A stretch of DNA of 64,000 nucleotides. Origin: Candidatus Omnitrophota bacterium. GTDB lineage: Bacteria > Omnitrophota > Gorgyraeia > Gygaellales > Profunditerraquicolaceae. Where the stretch lies: positions 387,244 through 451,243 of the forward strand of contig JBAZKC010000001.1 in NCBI GenBank assembly GCA_041651035.1. Direction: 5' to 3'. Below, in pieces: positions 53,528 to 62,255 of this stretch. The notes under the pieces were generated by a model. It saw only the letters and a list, made by a program, of their open reading frames with translations. It did no database searches and was not told where the DNA came from. The position numbers and the translations under genes were made by a program. Each line of letters begins with the position of its first letter. The stretch's first letter is position 1.

Positions 53528-55936
53528 CTATTTTATCTTTTCTGCAACTATCCTTTGTTTGATCTTCTTGGCCAGCCCCTCAAAGAAATATTTAAAATCG
53601 GGGTACTCGGCCCGGGAAATTATATTCTTCTTTAACTCCACTTTTTGCCTGAAGTATATTTTATTATTTTTATATTTATATTCAACCATGAATTTTAACC
53701 AGGGGCTTTCTTCGCTTACGCTGTCAGGTAAATATTTTATGGCCAGGCAAGAGGGCATTTCGATCTCCAATATTGTCTCTTTAATATCCAAAACGCCGAA
53801 ATCAAGGTCATACTTACGCTTATCCTTGGCTACTAAAGACGCGTCAAGGAAAGCTAATTGCGGCGGTATCCTTAAACTACCCGCTGAAGTAAAATATTCA
53901 GCCCCCTGGAAATCGTAATCCAGCGCGATAGGCGCGTTAAGGTTATCTAAATTCTGGATATTGTATTTATTGAGCTTGGCGCCAATAGAGACATCCTGTA
54001 TCTTTTCTTTCAGCATCTCCTGTATTAATTCCGGTTGTGTATACAGCAGCCAATAACGCTGTGCCTGGTCATAGAAACCAAAGGTAAAAATTGTTTTCTG
54101 CGCGGATATGGTCTCATTATTGTTTATTTTTATCCGCAGAGACTGTTTGATCAGGTTATGTTCAGCCGGGTACATAGGGGTATCTTCTATTTTAAACCCG
54201 CTTTCCCGGAATATCAACACCTTACGTCCTTGGTCGTCGCGCGGCAGATCCTTAAAAGAACAGGTTTGCGCGGTAGGGTCAAGAAAAATTATTTTATCTT
54301 CCAGGGACACGGCCGCGATACAATGGTTGAAAAGCACCGCGGGAAAATCTTCGTTTAAATTATAGTATTCCTTTGTGGCGATAAGGACGGGCCAGGCAGA
54401 AAAGCCGGCTTCTTTTAACATAGTAACCAGGAGTATCGCCTGGTCTTTGCAGTCTCCGTACTTATTCTTAAATATATCTTCCGCGCTATGCGGCTGATAG
54501 CCGGCCTTACCGTATTCTACGGCCACATAACGGATCCTTTGCGCGCAAAAATTATAAACCGCCCTTAGCTTCTGTTCTCTGGAAGCCGCATTCCTGGTCA
54601 ACTCTCTTACTTTGTTTTTTATCGCCTCATCCGCCTTTATCTTATCTTTGGCGAGCGCCCACCACCAATCATAGATATCCTGCCAATTATTAAACGTGGA
54701 TATAAGCAACGTGGGGTTTATCTGGACATCCGGGGGCATATTGGACTCCGGAACTATCTGGGGTATGTCTTTAAAGTGCCAATGATATACCAGGTTGCCA
54801 TCCCTCTCTTCGGTAAGAGGTCCCAGCTTTGCCCCGAAATCATTGTATTCATCGTTGATTACCTTGATATTCAACGGCAGGTTTTTGGGCGTGGCAATGC
54901 TAAAATGCGCCGCGATAATCGGTTCATGGGATTGCACGGCATAACTTAAGACAAAATCCTTTTTATTGATAAGTTGGTTATTATATACCTTTAGTTTATA
55001 ATCTATAACCGCGCCCTCAGTAATCTCCGGGAAAGATATTATGTAAACGCGCACATTGCTATAGAGCGGGAAGTTTAAATATTTGGACACGTCGCGTATA
55101 TGGCGCCTGCCCACATCTGTTACTGTGCCGTCGGGCTTTATTATCCTGGCGTATTCTAATTCCACTTTCTCAAAGGTAGAGTCATATTCTATGCGGGTCT
55201 CTGAAAAATCTTCTTTACCTCGCTCATTTAAAATCTTGACTATATAATGCAGCAAGGAAACCTGGGTGCCCTGGGAGCTTACTTCGATATTTTCGTCACA
55301 GGATAAAATAAGCGCTCCGGCCTGAGGATATTCTTTAGCCGCGGGTGCGCCGGCTAAGATATCATAAACTTTCCCGTCTATGTCTTTTATGCGCAGGCGG
55401 TTAGCTTGTTTCTCGATCATGCCTACGCGGGCGAGCGCTTTTGGCTTAAACGCTTTATGGGTAATTTTTTTATAAGCTCCCAGCGCCTGGTCAAATAAAT
55501 TTAATTGTTCGCAGGTTAACCCATGATAGTATAAATATTCGTCATCGGGCATATCCTCTTTGTCGAAGGTCTCTAAGGCGTCGGTAAAATTCCCCAGACG
55601 ATAATAAGAGATGGCCATAAACTTATTTGCCGGGCTAAGCCTGGACTCTTTAAATTCCGCGACCGCTTGTTTAAATTCTCCATGGCTGTAATATAACTGG
55701 CCAAGCTCAAGATGCAGCTTGTCTAAATCTTTGCCGGCGGCGATCAATGCTCTGTAGGCCTTAACCGCGTCTCGATAATAACCTTTAGACTTACTGACAG
55801 CCTCCTGCGCCTGTTTTAAATCTTTATTTTGGCCGCAACCGGAGGATAGGACAAAAAATAGGATAGCCAAAGGCAAGATCATGATCCGAGATTTAAAATA
55901 TGGCTTTGCGTTACGGCCTTTTATAATAGCGCGCAT
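53528..55936 (-). CDS. lipoprotein with N-terminal TPR-like repeats, DUF3857-like region and transglutaminase-like cysteine-protease core
   Basis: 802 aa. Lipobox LSSGC, TPR-like helical repeats in the first ~180 aa, transglutaminase-core motif YGDCKDQAILLVTMLKEAGF (Cys nucleophile). Confidence 0.6.
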   Translation of the reverse strand: MRAIIKGRNAKPYFKSRIMILPLAILFFVLSSGCGQNKDLKQAQEAVSKSKGYYRDAVKAYRALIAAGKDLDKLHLELGQLYYSHGEFKQAVAEFKESRLSPANKFMAISYYRLGNFTDALETFDKEDMPDDEYLYYHGLTCEQLNLFDQALGAYKKITHKAFKPKALARVGMIEKQANRLRIKDIDGKVYDILAGAPAAKEYPQAGALILSCDENIEVSSQGTQVSLLHYIVKILNERGKEDFSETRIEYDSTFEKVELEYARIIKPDGTVTDVGRRHIRDVSKYLNFPLYSNVRVYIISFPEITEGAVIDYKLKVYNNQLINKKDFVLSYAVQSHEPIIAAHFSIATPKNLPLNIKVINDEYNDFGAKLGPLTEERDGNLVYHWHFKDIPQIVPESNMPPDVQINPTLLISTFNNWQDIYDWWWALAKDKIKADEAIKNKVRELTRNAASREQKLRAVYNFCAQRIRYVAVEYGKAGYQPHSAEDIFKNKYGDCKDQAILLVTMLKEAGFSAWPVLIATKEYYNLNEDFPAVLFNHCIAAVSLEDKIIFLDPTAQTCSFKDLPRDDQGRKVLIFRESGFKIEDTPMYPAEHNLIKQSLRIKINNNETISAQKTIFTFGFYDQAQRYWLLYTQPELIQEMLKEKIQDVSIGAKLNKYNIQNLDNLNAPIALDYDFQGAEYFTSAGSLRIPPQLAFLDASLVAKDKRKYDLDFGVLDIKETILEIEMPSCLAIKYLPDSVSEESPWLKFMVEYKYKNNKIYFRQKVELKKNIISRAEYPDFKYFFEGLAKKIKQRIVAEKIK

Positions 55937-55949
55937 TGTGGGCTCCTTC

Positions 55950-56795
55950 TTAAGCCTTTTTCTTCAAGATACGGTTATACTCTCTTATAAAAAACCTGGT
56001 TAGCTTAAAACTACCCGCGCCTCCTGCTATCCGGCGCTTTCCTACGCAGGCAAGCGGCATGACTCCTATCAAAGAATTAGTCAAGAATGCCTCATCCGCT
56101 TTATATAAATCCCCTAGAGTTAAATTAGCCTCATAATTTTTTATATTATGCTTCTCTGCTAAATCAAATACGGCTTTTCGGGTGATGCCGGCTAAGCAGC
56201 CGCTGGATAAAGAAGGACCAAAGACCGCATTATTTTTTATTAGGAATATATTGCTCCTGGAAGCTTCGCTGAGATAGCCGCGGCTGTTTAGAATAATAGC
56301 TTCATCAAAGCCGTTTTTTTTGGCCTTCTCGTAAGCTAAATTGTACAGCATATAGCTTGTTGTCTTTATGCGCGGGGAGAAACAACCCTCGTTTTGGCAA
56401 AATCCAGAAACGCCGGCCTTAAATCCAACTTTATACTTTAAACGGGAGCAAGGATTGTATTTTTTAACTGTTACCAGGACGCCTGTGCCTTTTTCCGCCC
56501 TCCATGCTGTTAATCTTATATAAGAGTCTTTAAAATTATTTATTTTAACCGTCCTGTTGACGGTATCTTCTAACTTAAGCAGGGAATAAGGCAACTTTAT
56601 ATTAACTAACCTTAAGGATCCGGCCATCCTCCTAAGGTGCTGGTGGAAATAGGCTATACTGTTATTATACGAACGCATGGTCTCAAAGACCCCGGCACCC
56701 AGCAAGAACCCCGGGTCAGATACGGGAACATTCGCTTCTTTCGCGGGCAGAAACCTGCCGTTTAGGAAAACGATTTCTTCTCTATTATAGCGCAT
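55950..56795 (-). CDS. pabC: class IV aminotransferase-fold protein, probable aminodeoxychorismate lyase
   Basis: 281 aa with fold-type IV PLP enzyme blocks (FETMRSYNN, RLTAWRAEKGTG, GITRKAVFDLAE). Overlaps the pabB-like gene upstream. Confidence 0.65.
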   Translation of the reverse strand: MRYNREEIVFLNGRFLPAKEANVPVSDPGFLLGAGVFETMRSYNNSIAYFHQHLRRMAGSLRLVNIKLPYSLLKLEDTVNRTVKINNFKDSYIRLTAWRAEKGTGVLVTVKKYNPCSRLKYKVGFKAGVSGFCQNEGCFSPRIKTTSYMLYNLAYEKAKKNGFDEAIILNSRGYLSEASRSNIFLIKNNAVFGPSLSSGCLAGITRKAVFDLAEKHNIKNYEANLTLGDLYKADEAFLTNSLIGVMPLACVGKRRIAGGAGSFKLTRFFIREYNRILKKKA

Positions 56796-58158
56796 TTACC
56801 GCCCCCAGCATTGCTTTTGCTTTTACCAGCGTCTCTTTGTATTCCTCTTGCGGGTTTGAATCCGTGACAATGCCTCCGCCTGCGTTAAAATAAAGTTTAT
56901 CATCTTTTTTTAATATCGTGCGGATTAAAATATTAAAATCCGCCCCCCCGGAAAAACTTAAATAGCCAAGGCTCCCGGTGTAAACCGAGCGCCTTACAGG
57001 CTCCAGCTCTTCAATGATCTCCATGGACCGGATCTTAGGGCAGCCTGTAATTGAGCCTCCGGGGAAACAGGCAGACAATAGATCGATCCTGTCTTTATCC
57101 TGATGCAGGCGCCCGGATACGGTGGCTGTAGTTTGATAAACAGTATTATACTCCTCCAGGTCCCTTAAGGCATCCACCTTTATGGAATCATAGCTGCAGA
57201 CCCTGCCTAAGTCGTTCCTCTCTAAGTCAACGATCATCATAAGCTCCGCGGCATCTTTTGCGCTCTTTAATAACTCAGTCTTGAGCTCCCGGTCTTTTAT
57301 CCTGTTTTGGGAACGCGGCCGTGTGCCCTTCATGGGACGGGTAGTTACTATACCGCCATTTAGATTTAAGAACCTTTCCGGAGAAGAACTTAAGATCTGA
57401 AAATTCTGGCAATCAAGGTAAGCGCTAAAATAAGACGGGCTGATCTGGCGCAGGCGCTTGTAAATCTCGAAAGCAGATAAGCCCGTTACCGCTTTAAATC
57501 TCTGCGAAATATTCACCTGATAAATATCGCCGTTTCTAATATACCCCTTGGCTTTGTTTACTGCCGAAATATATTCTTCGCGCGTAAAATCAGACTCCGG
57601 CTTTGCGGGGAGATCTTTAAGCTTACCTTTCTTATTAACGGTTTTATAAAAATCTACCCTGGAGAGCAGTTTGTGTATTTTCTTCAAGTTGGTTTTACAA
57701 AGAGCTTTTGCTAAATGATAACTTTTTTCGGGAAAGCCTGCCGCGCATATATAAAGCGCCTTTTTTATATTATCGAAGATGACCACCGTATTATAGAACC
57801 CAAAAAAACAATCCGGGGTGCCTAAATCATCCGCGGTAACCTTCCGAAGTTTCTTTTCCAAGAGGAAACCTAAGTCATAGGCGAGATAGCCTACAGCCCC
57901 GCCTAAAAACGGAAGGCTGCCGGCGGGAGCGGGGATCTTGTATTTTTCTAATAACTCTCTTATTTTACCTAATGGATTTTTGTTTTTTGCCTCTAAAATA
58001 TGGAAAGGGGCTATACCCAAAAAAGAGAACCTGCCTAAAGAATGATTGGCAGTAAGGCTGCTGTCTAAGAAAAAACAATTCCTTTCGTTCTTCAGGGCTG
58101 TAAAGGCCTCAAAGGGGCTGATTTTTAATTTATACGAGTTCAATATGTAATATGCCAT
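56785..58158 (-). CDS. pabB: aminodeoxychorismate synthase component I (chorismate-binding, TrpE/PabB family)
   Basis: 457 aa. C-terminal chorismate-binding blocks YTGSLGYLSFSGGADFNILIRT and GGGIVTDSNPQEEYKET. Adjacent class-IV lyase plus folE/folC in the window suggest folate (PABA) context rather than Trp. Confidence 0.7.
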   Translation of the reverse strand: MAYYILNSYKLKISPFEAFTALKNERNCFFLDSSLTANHSLGRFSFLGIAPFHILEAKNKNPLGKIRELLEKYKIPAPAGSLPFLGGAVGYLAYDLGFLLEKKLRKVTADDLGTPDCFFGFYNTVVIFDNIKKALYICAAGFPEKSYHLAKALCKTNLKKIHKLLSRVDFYKTVNKKGKLKDLPAKPESDFTREEYISAVNKAKGYIRNGDIYQVNISQRFKAVTGLSAFEIYKRLRQISPSYFSAYLDCQNFQILSSSPERFLNLNGGIVTTRPMKGTRPRSQNRIKDRELKTELLKSAKDAAELMMIVDLERNDLGRVCSYDSIKVDALRDLEEYNTVYQTTATVSGRLHQDKDRIDLLSACFPGGSITGCPKIRSMEIIEELEPVRRSVYTGSLGYLSFSGGADFNILIRTILKKDDKLYFNAGGGIVTDSNPQEEYKETLVKAKAMLGAVNAL

Positions 58159-58951
58159 CTATATTAAAGATACGTTCATCATTTCTTAAAGAACAAAATC
58201 CTATTAAGTAGCTGCGGCCGTTCTCCTGTTTGATCTGGCGTGGCAGTATTTCTCTCTGGGTAACTTCAAATCCGGAAGAAGAGAGATATTTTATTTTTAA
58301 TTTCGCGCCCAAGCCGATCGCTTCCTGTATACGGGCAAGCTTTTGAGCATTCATATTATTTAAAAAGTCGGGATTAATGGCAAAGATATTTGAGAAATGC
58401 GTAAAATCCAGGATGCCTTTTGCCTCCAGCGTTTCTCTTAGTTTATTAAAGACCTCCCAGGTAAGTTCCACATCGGAAAACGCGCGGTGCGCCTGTTGGA
58501 TTTTAAATCCCAGCCTTTCTGCTACAAACCAAAGCGCGTAGCGCTCTAACCCCGGCAGAAGGCGCCGGGCCATTTTTAATATATCCACGACTATGATGCC
58601 TTCTAGCTTGCCCCGGCCGAGAAGTTTTAATTCATTATTCAAGAATTCCAAGTCAAACCCCGCGTTATAGGAGCAAAGACAGCTGCCCTGGATAAAGGTT
58701 AGGAATCCGGGCATTACTGTTTCAATACCCGGGGCATCTTTAAGCATATCCTGGGTAATCTTGTTTACCTTAAAAGCGGCTTCAGACACCGGCCTTAAGG
58801 GATTGACCAGAGTTTGGAATGCGGCTATTCTTTGCCCATCCTTGAATCTAATGCCCGCGATTTCTATTATCCTGTCGCCTGAGGCAGGCTCAAGGCCGGT
58901 TGTTTCAGTATCAAAGATAGTAAATTCCACCTCATCCATATTTTTATTCAT
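58130..58951 (-). CDS. DEDDh 3'-5' exonuclease (DnaQ/epsilon-like) fused to a C-terminal WYL-like domain
   Basis: 273 aa. Exo I FTIFDTETTGLEP, Exo II YNAGFDLEFL, Exo III HRAFSDVELT. C-terminal ~80 aa RSYLIGFCSLRNDERIFNIDGI resembles the WYL core. Confidence 0.6.
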   Translation of the reverse strand: MNKNMDEVEFTIFDTETTGLEPASGDRIIEIAGIRFKDGQRIAAFQTLVNPLRPVSEAAFKVNKITQDMLKDAPGIETVMPGFLTFIQGSCLCSYNAGFDLEFLNNELKLLGRGKLEGIIVVDILKMARRLLPGLERYALWFVAERLGFKIQQAHRAFSDVELTWEVFNKLRETLEAKGILDFTHFSNIFAINPDFLNNMNAQKLARIQEAIGLGAKLKIKYLSSSGFEVTQREILPRQIKQENGRSYLIGFCSLRNDERIFNIDGILHIELV

Positions 58952-59843
58952 CTTTTTTCTTGGCGATATACGCCGGGACCAACTTTACAGGATGATAAGA
59001 AAGCTTTACCTTTTTAAGATTCTCCAGCCCGGAATCATCCATGATATTTATATATTTATAATCTTTTAATTCCTGGCAAAAAGAACGGAATATAAACTGT
59101 GCCAGGCCCTTAACGGAGAGGTCCGCGACTTCATATAATACGCAGAAGGTATCGGGGTTTAATTCATAGCCAAAAGTAAATGCTTTTAAGTTTTGGCCTA
59201 TCTTTACCAGGCGCCCCGTAATATCCAGCTTCCGGTAATTTTTAAGCAAGGCCGCCAGGCATATTGCCGCGTCATCAAGCATACCGCAAGACAACGGGTC
59301 CGGATTGTTGGCCTTGCGCTTGCCTCTCCAGCAATCATATAACTTAAAACAATCCTCCTTATGCCTTAAGGAGAATGGCAAATATTCGAATTTATTATGC
59401 TTTATAAAATAATTAAAAGAAGAACGCTTTGATTTAAACCTGTTGCCTCCTAAATCAGTTAAATCTTCCCTCCCGCAGAGATAATCGTAAGATTTAATCC
59501 GGCAGTCAAGGCCCAGTCCCTGATAAAAAGAAATATCTTCCTCTTCAATATTTTCTATGCGCGATATCTCTTTGTTCCGGTTAAAGCTGTCCATGATCTT
59601 GAAAACCTCCTCTACAGCTCCCGGGCCTTTATTACTGCCTAACGGCGGAAGATACAGGAAACAGCCGATCTTATCCCTAAAGAATACGCACAGGCTGTCT
59701 TCTATCACTACCCAGCGGATATCAAATAGCTCTTTCCAGATAAAAATATTCTCAAAGGCATAGACAGCTAACCCGCGGGAACTCGCGCCCAGGAAACGGT
59801 TAAATAGTCTTTTATCTTTAAGGCTGATCTTAGTAAGTCGCAC
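58944..59843 (-). CDS. hypothetical protein, possibly DUF2156 / MprF-C-terminal-like (tandem-GNAT, aminoacyl-tRNA transferase fold)
   Basis: 299 aa soluble. Size and N-terminal pattern (KISLKDKRLFNRFL...YAFENIFIW) recall standalone DUF2156 proteins. Tentative. Confidence 0.3.
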   Translation of the reverse strand: MRLTKISLKDKRLFNRFLGASSRGLAVYAFENIFIWKELFDIRWVVIEDSLCVFFRDKIGCFLYLPPLGSNKGPGAVEEVFKIMDSFNRNKEISRIENIEEEDISFYQGLGLDCRIKSYDYLCGREDLTDLGGNRFKSKRSSFNYFIKHNKFEYLPFSLRHKEDCFKLYDCWRGKRKANNPDPLSCGMLDDAAICLAALLKNYRKLDITGRLVKIGQNLKAFTFGYELNPDTFCVLYEVADLSVKGLAQFIFRSFCQELKDYKYINIMDDSGLENLKKVKLSYHPVKLVPAYIAKKKDE

Positions 59844-59846
59844 CGA

Positions 59847-60338
59847 TTAGATCTCTAATTCTAAGATGTCCTGGACATCTTCGTATGCCTGCGTTATTTG
59901 CGGGTTGTTTTTAAGCATGGTTAACTGCTGTTTTGAATTAAGGTGGGCGGTCAAATAATTTATATACTCATCCATTTCCGGGGTGGACATCTTTTCATTC
60001 ACGTACGGGCAATTCAAGTCCACGGTCAAAAGCACTTTTCCGTTACACAATTTAATCAAGAATGGATAAAGCTGGCATTCAAACGGCCGCGAATCATAAA
60101 CCTTGCAGCAATTATCCGCGCTATTCAGGAATGGGCAGATAAAGCCTTCTCCCGCGGAGTTAGGTATGAGTTGCAGCCTGCGGTCAACGGAAATCGAAGC
60201 AGCCGGTATATTTTTATCTAAGAAATCCTGGACCTCCTCATCCAAAAGGCACGGGCTCCAGACAGAATCTTCTTCTTTAAACCGGCAGCAACCCTGGCAT
60301 TTAAGGCAGGCCCGGGAAGGTACAAATTGCTTGATCAT
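59847..60338 (-). CDS. YkgJ-family Cys-cluster (zinc/iron-chelating, CxxCxxCC) protein
   Basis: 163 aa. ACLKCQGCCRF ... FICPFL...NCCKVYDSRPFECQLYPF, the YkgJ/UPF0153 arrangement. Confidence 0.55.
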   Translation of the reverse strand: MIKQFVPSRACLKCQGCCRFKEEDSVWSPCLLDEEVQDFLDKNIPAASISVDRRLQLIPNSAGEGFICPFLNSADNCCKVYDSRPFECQLYPFLIKLCNGKVLLTVDLNCPYVNEKMSTPEMDEYINYLTAHLNSKQQLTMLKNNPQITQAYEDVQDILELEI

Positions 60339-60655
60339 TTAACAATACTCCCGTTGCGGAGCTTTTTTTCCGGGCTGATAATAACAATGCCGTTTTCGTC
60401 AGACCCGGCCAGGACCATCCCCTGGCTTTCTACTCCGCGCAATACCGCCGTATCCAGATTAGCCACAACCACCACCTGTTTACCTATAAGCGTTTCTTTG
60501 GGATATGAAGTTCTAATCCCTGCCACTACTTGTTTAGTACTATCGCCTAGATCCAGGGTTAATACCAATAGTTTATCGGCATTGGCATGCTCAACAGCAT
60601 CCTTAATCTCGGCGACCCTGAATTCCAATTTCCTGAAATCGTCAATTGTAGCCAT
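60335..60655 (-). CDS. tRNA-binding domain protein (CsaA / Trbp111 / MetRS-C-terminal-like OB fold)
   Basis: 106 aa. FRKLEFRVAEIKDAVEHANADKLLVLTLDLGD...QVVAGI...LIGKQVVVVANL matches the EMAP/CsaA tRNA-binding fold. Confidence 0.65.
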   Translation of the reverse strand: MATIDDFRKLEFRVAEIKDAVEHANADKLLVLTLDLGDSTKQVVAGIRTSYPKETLIGKQVVVVANLDTAVLRGVESQGMVLAGSDENGIVIISPEKKLRNGSIVK

Positions 60656-60668
60656 TAGTTTTCTCCTG

Positions 60669-62177
60669 TTAAAACTTTACTTCCACGGATAATTCTAGCT
60701 GGTAAGCGCAATCCGCCGAACCGTCACCCCTGACATAGGGATTAAACAAGCTCCCTTCGGTATCATCGCGTTTTTCTTTATAATATTTACCCGGGATAAA
60801 ATACCCGCCTAATAAGCCGATAGCCATATGTTCATTGACCTTATAATCAACAAATAAATCCGTCTCATAACCTAATTCCCTGGAGAGGAACCTGGCTTTT
60901 CCGTCTAATGTACCCACCGGACGGGTAAACGCGCTCAAATAATAAGCATAAAAACCAATTTTTAGTTTGGGGCAAAGATCATAATCAAACCCTACGGAAG
61001 GCATAATCAAATTTTCAAAGTCTCCCGAGCTAAATGTTTTCGGCCGGGTCACTCCGTAGTTTAAGCCGTAACCGCCGCCCATAGCCACAATCGGCAGCAT
61101 CTCCACATTGCTTGTGCTTATGGCATCACCTAAGTTTCTGTTACTCGGAGAATAATAGCTGAAAGCCCGGTTCCTGCCTCCGGCATACGTTTCCTCTCCA
61201 TTCTCTACCATCTCTAAGGTAGCCTTATTCCCGGAACAGAGCAGGAACTGCAGCGACGGGTTAAATTTATCCATCGCGTAATCCAGGCCTGAATAGAACA
61301 TGTAACCGGCATGCTGCACATCTTTATATTCGGAAGACGCGCTTTGGGCATAACCAAAATTATGCGCCGCCTCTAACTTAAAAGAGAATTTACCTTCTTC
61401 TATCACCCAGGCAGTGCCAAGGGTCCCCAGGAAATCTCTTTTTATCGGCGCGGTAAGAAGGCTATCGCGTTTGCCCGGAGAAGTATAATCTGCCAACACC
61501 CCGACATACGGCCAGAGAGTTTGATTCCCTAAATTTATTTTTGCATCCGTAGCGAAAAAATTTGCCGCGTTAGGCTCGTACTTTTGCCCCTCCTCCTGTT
61601 CCTGAGGGATCTTGGGGCCTAAATGGTTCTTGTAAACCAGGTCCGGCCGGCAATAATAAAACCTCCAAACCATCTTTTCGGATTCCCGGTATAAGGTCAG
61701 GCCGTAATTCTCATAACCGCCATTTAAACTAAACCCATTGCCGACTTCATAAATATAGAGCCCTGCCTTAACCCTGAATTTATCAAAGAACGCGGAATCC
61801 GCCCAGAATTCCTCAACTTGCGGTAAAAGCTGGCTGCCGTGATATTTTTCTATCCCGCCTACGGAACTAGCGGAAGAATTAAAAATAGCCACCGGCGCGC
61901 TGTAATCATAAGGCCCGTTTCTTTCAAGTTTAAGGTAAAGCCGGGGGCCTTGATTCTTGGGATCCGCGCTAAAGGATAAACTATAGTCTACCCCCAGATA
62001 ATTCGCGCGGTCAGCTTTATTGCTATTGTCTAAACCTGTTACATTCCTAAAGTTTATAAAATCCGTGCGTAAATAGGTACTTACTCCTATAAGATAATTA
62101 TCGGTTCCCAGAAGGTTGTAACCATATGCGGGAACAAGAAATAAGATAAAAAGGCAGCTAAGCCACAGCTTATTCAA
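60669..62177 (-). CDS. putative outer-membrane beta-barrel protein (signal peptide, C-terminal Phe)
   Basis: 502 aa. Signal peptide MNKLWLSCLFILFLVPAYG, Gly/Tyr-rich alternating strands, terminal ...VEVKF. Confidence 0.4.
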   Translation of the reverse strand: MNKLWLSCLFILFLVPAYGYNLLGTDNYLIGVSTYLRTDFINFRNVTGLDNSNKADRANYLGVDYSLSFSADPKNQGPRLYLKLERNGPYDYSAPVAIFNSSASSVGGIEKYHGSQLLPQVEEFWADSAFFDKFRVKAGLYIYEVGNGFSLNGGYENYGLTLYRESEKMVWRFYYCRPDLVYKNHLGPKIPQEQEEGQKYEPNAANFFATDAKINLGNQTLWPYVGVLADYTSPGKRDSLLTAPIKRDFLGTLGTAWVIEEGKFSFKLEAAHNFGYAQSASSEYKDVQHAGYMFYSGLDYAMDKFNPSLQFLLCSGNKATLEMVENGEETYAGGRNRAFSYYSPSNRNLGDAISTSNVEMLPIVAMGGGYGLNYGVTRPKTFSSGDFENLIMPSVGFDYDLCPKLKIGFYAYYLSAFTRPVGTLDGKARFLSRELGYETDLFVDYKVNEHMAIGLLGGYFIPGKYYKEKRDDTEGSLFNPYVRGDGSADCAYQLELSVEVKF

Positions 62178-62255
62178 GTTATAGCCTCTTAGGAATTATG
62201 ATAACACGCGGACAGGGGAAACTCAAGTCAAAAATCGTTTAGGTATGGGGGCAGG

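Noticed and set aside
62178-62255. Promoter for the 60669..62177 OMP gene (TTGACT ... TGTTAT on minus strand)
   Set aside because: Spacing between the candidate -35 and -10 hexamers is 19 nt and the -10 is poor. Too weak to annotate as a feature.
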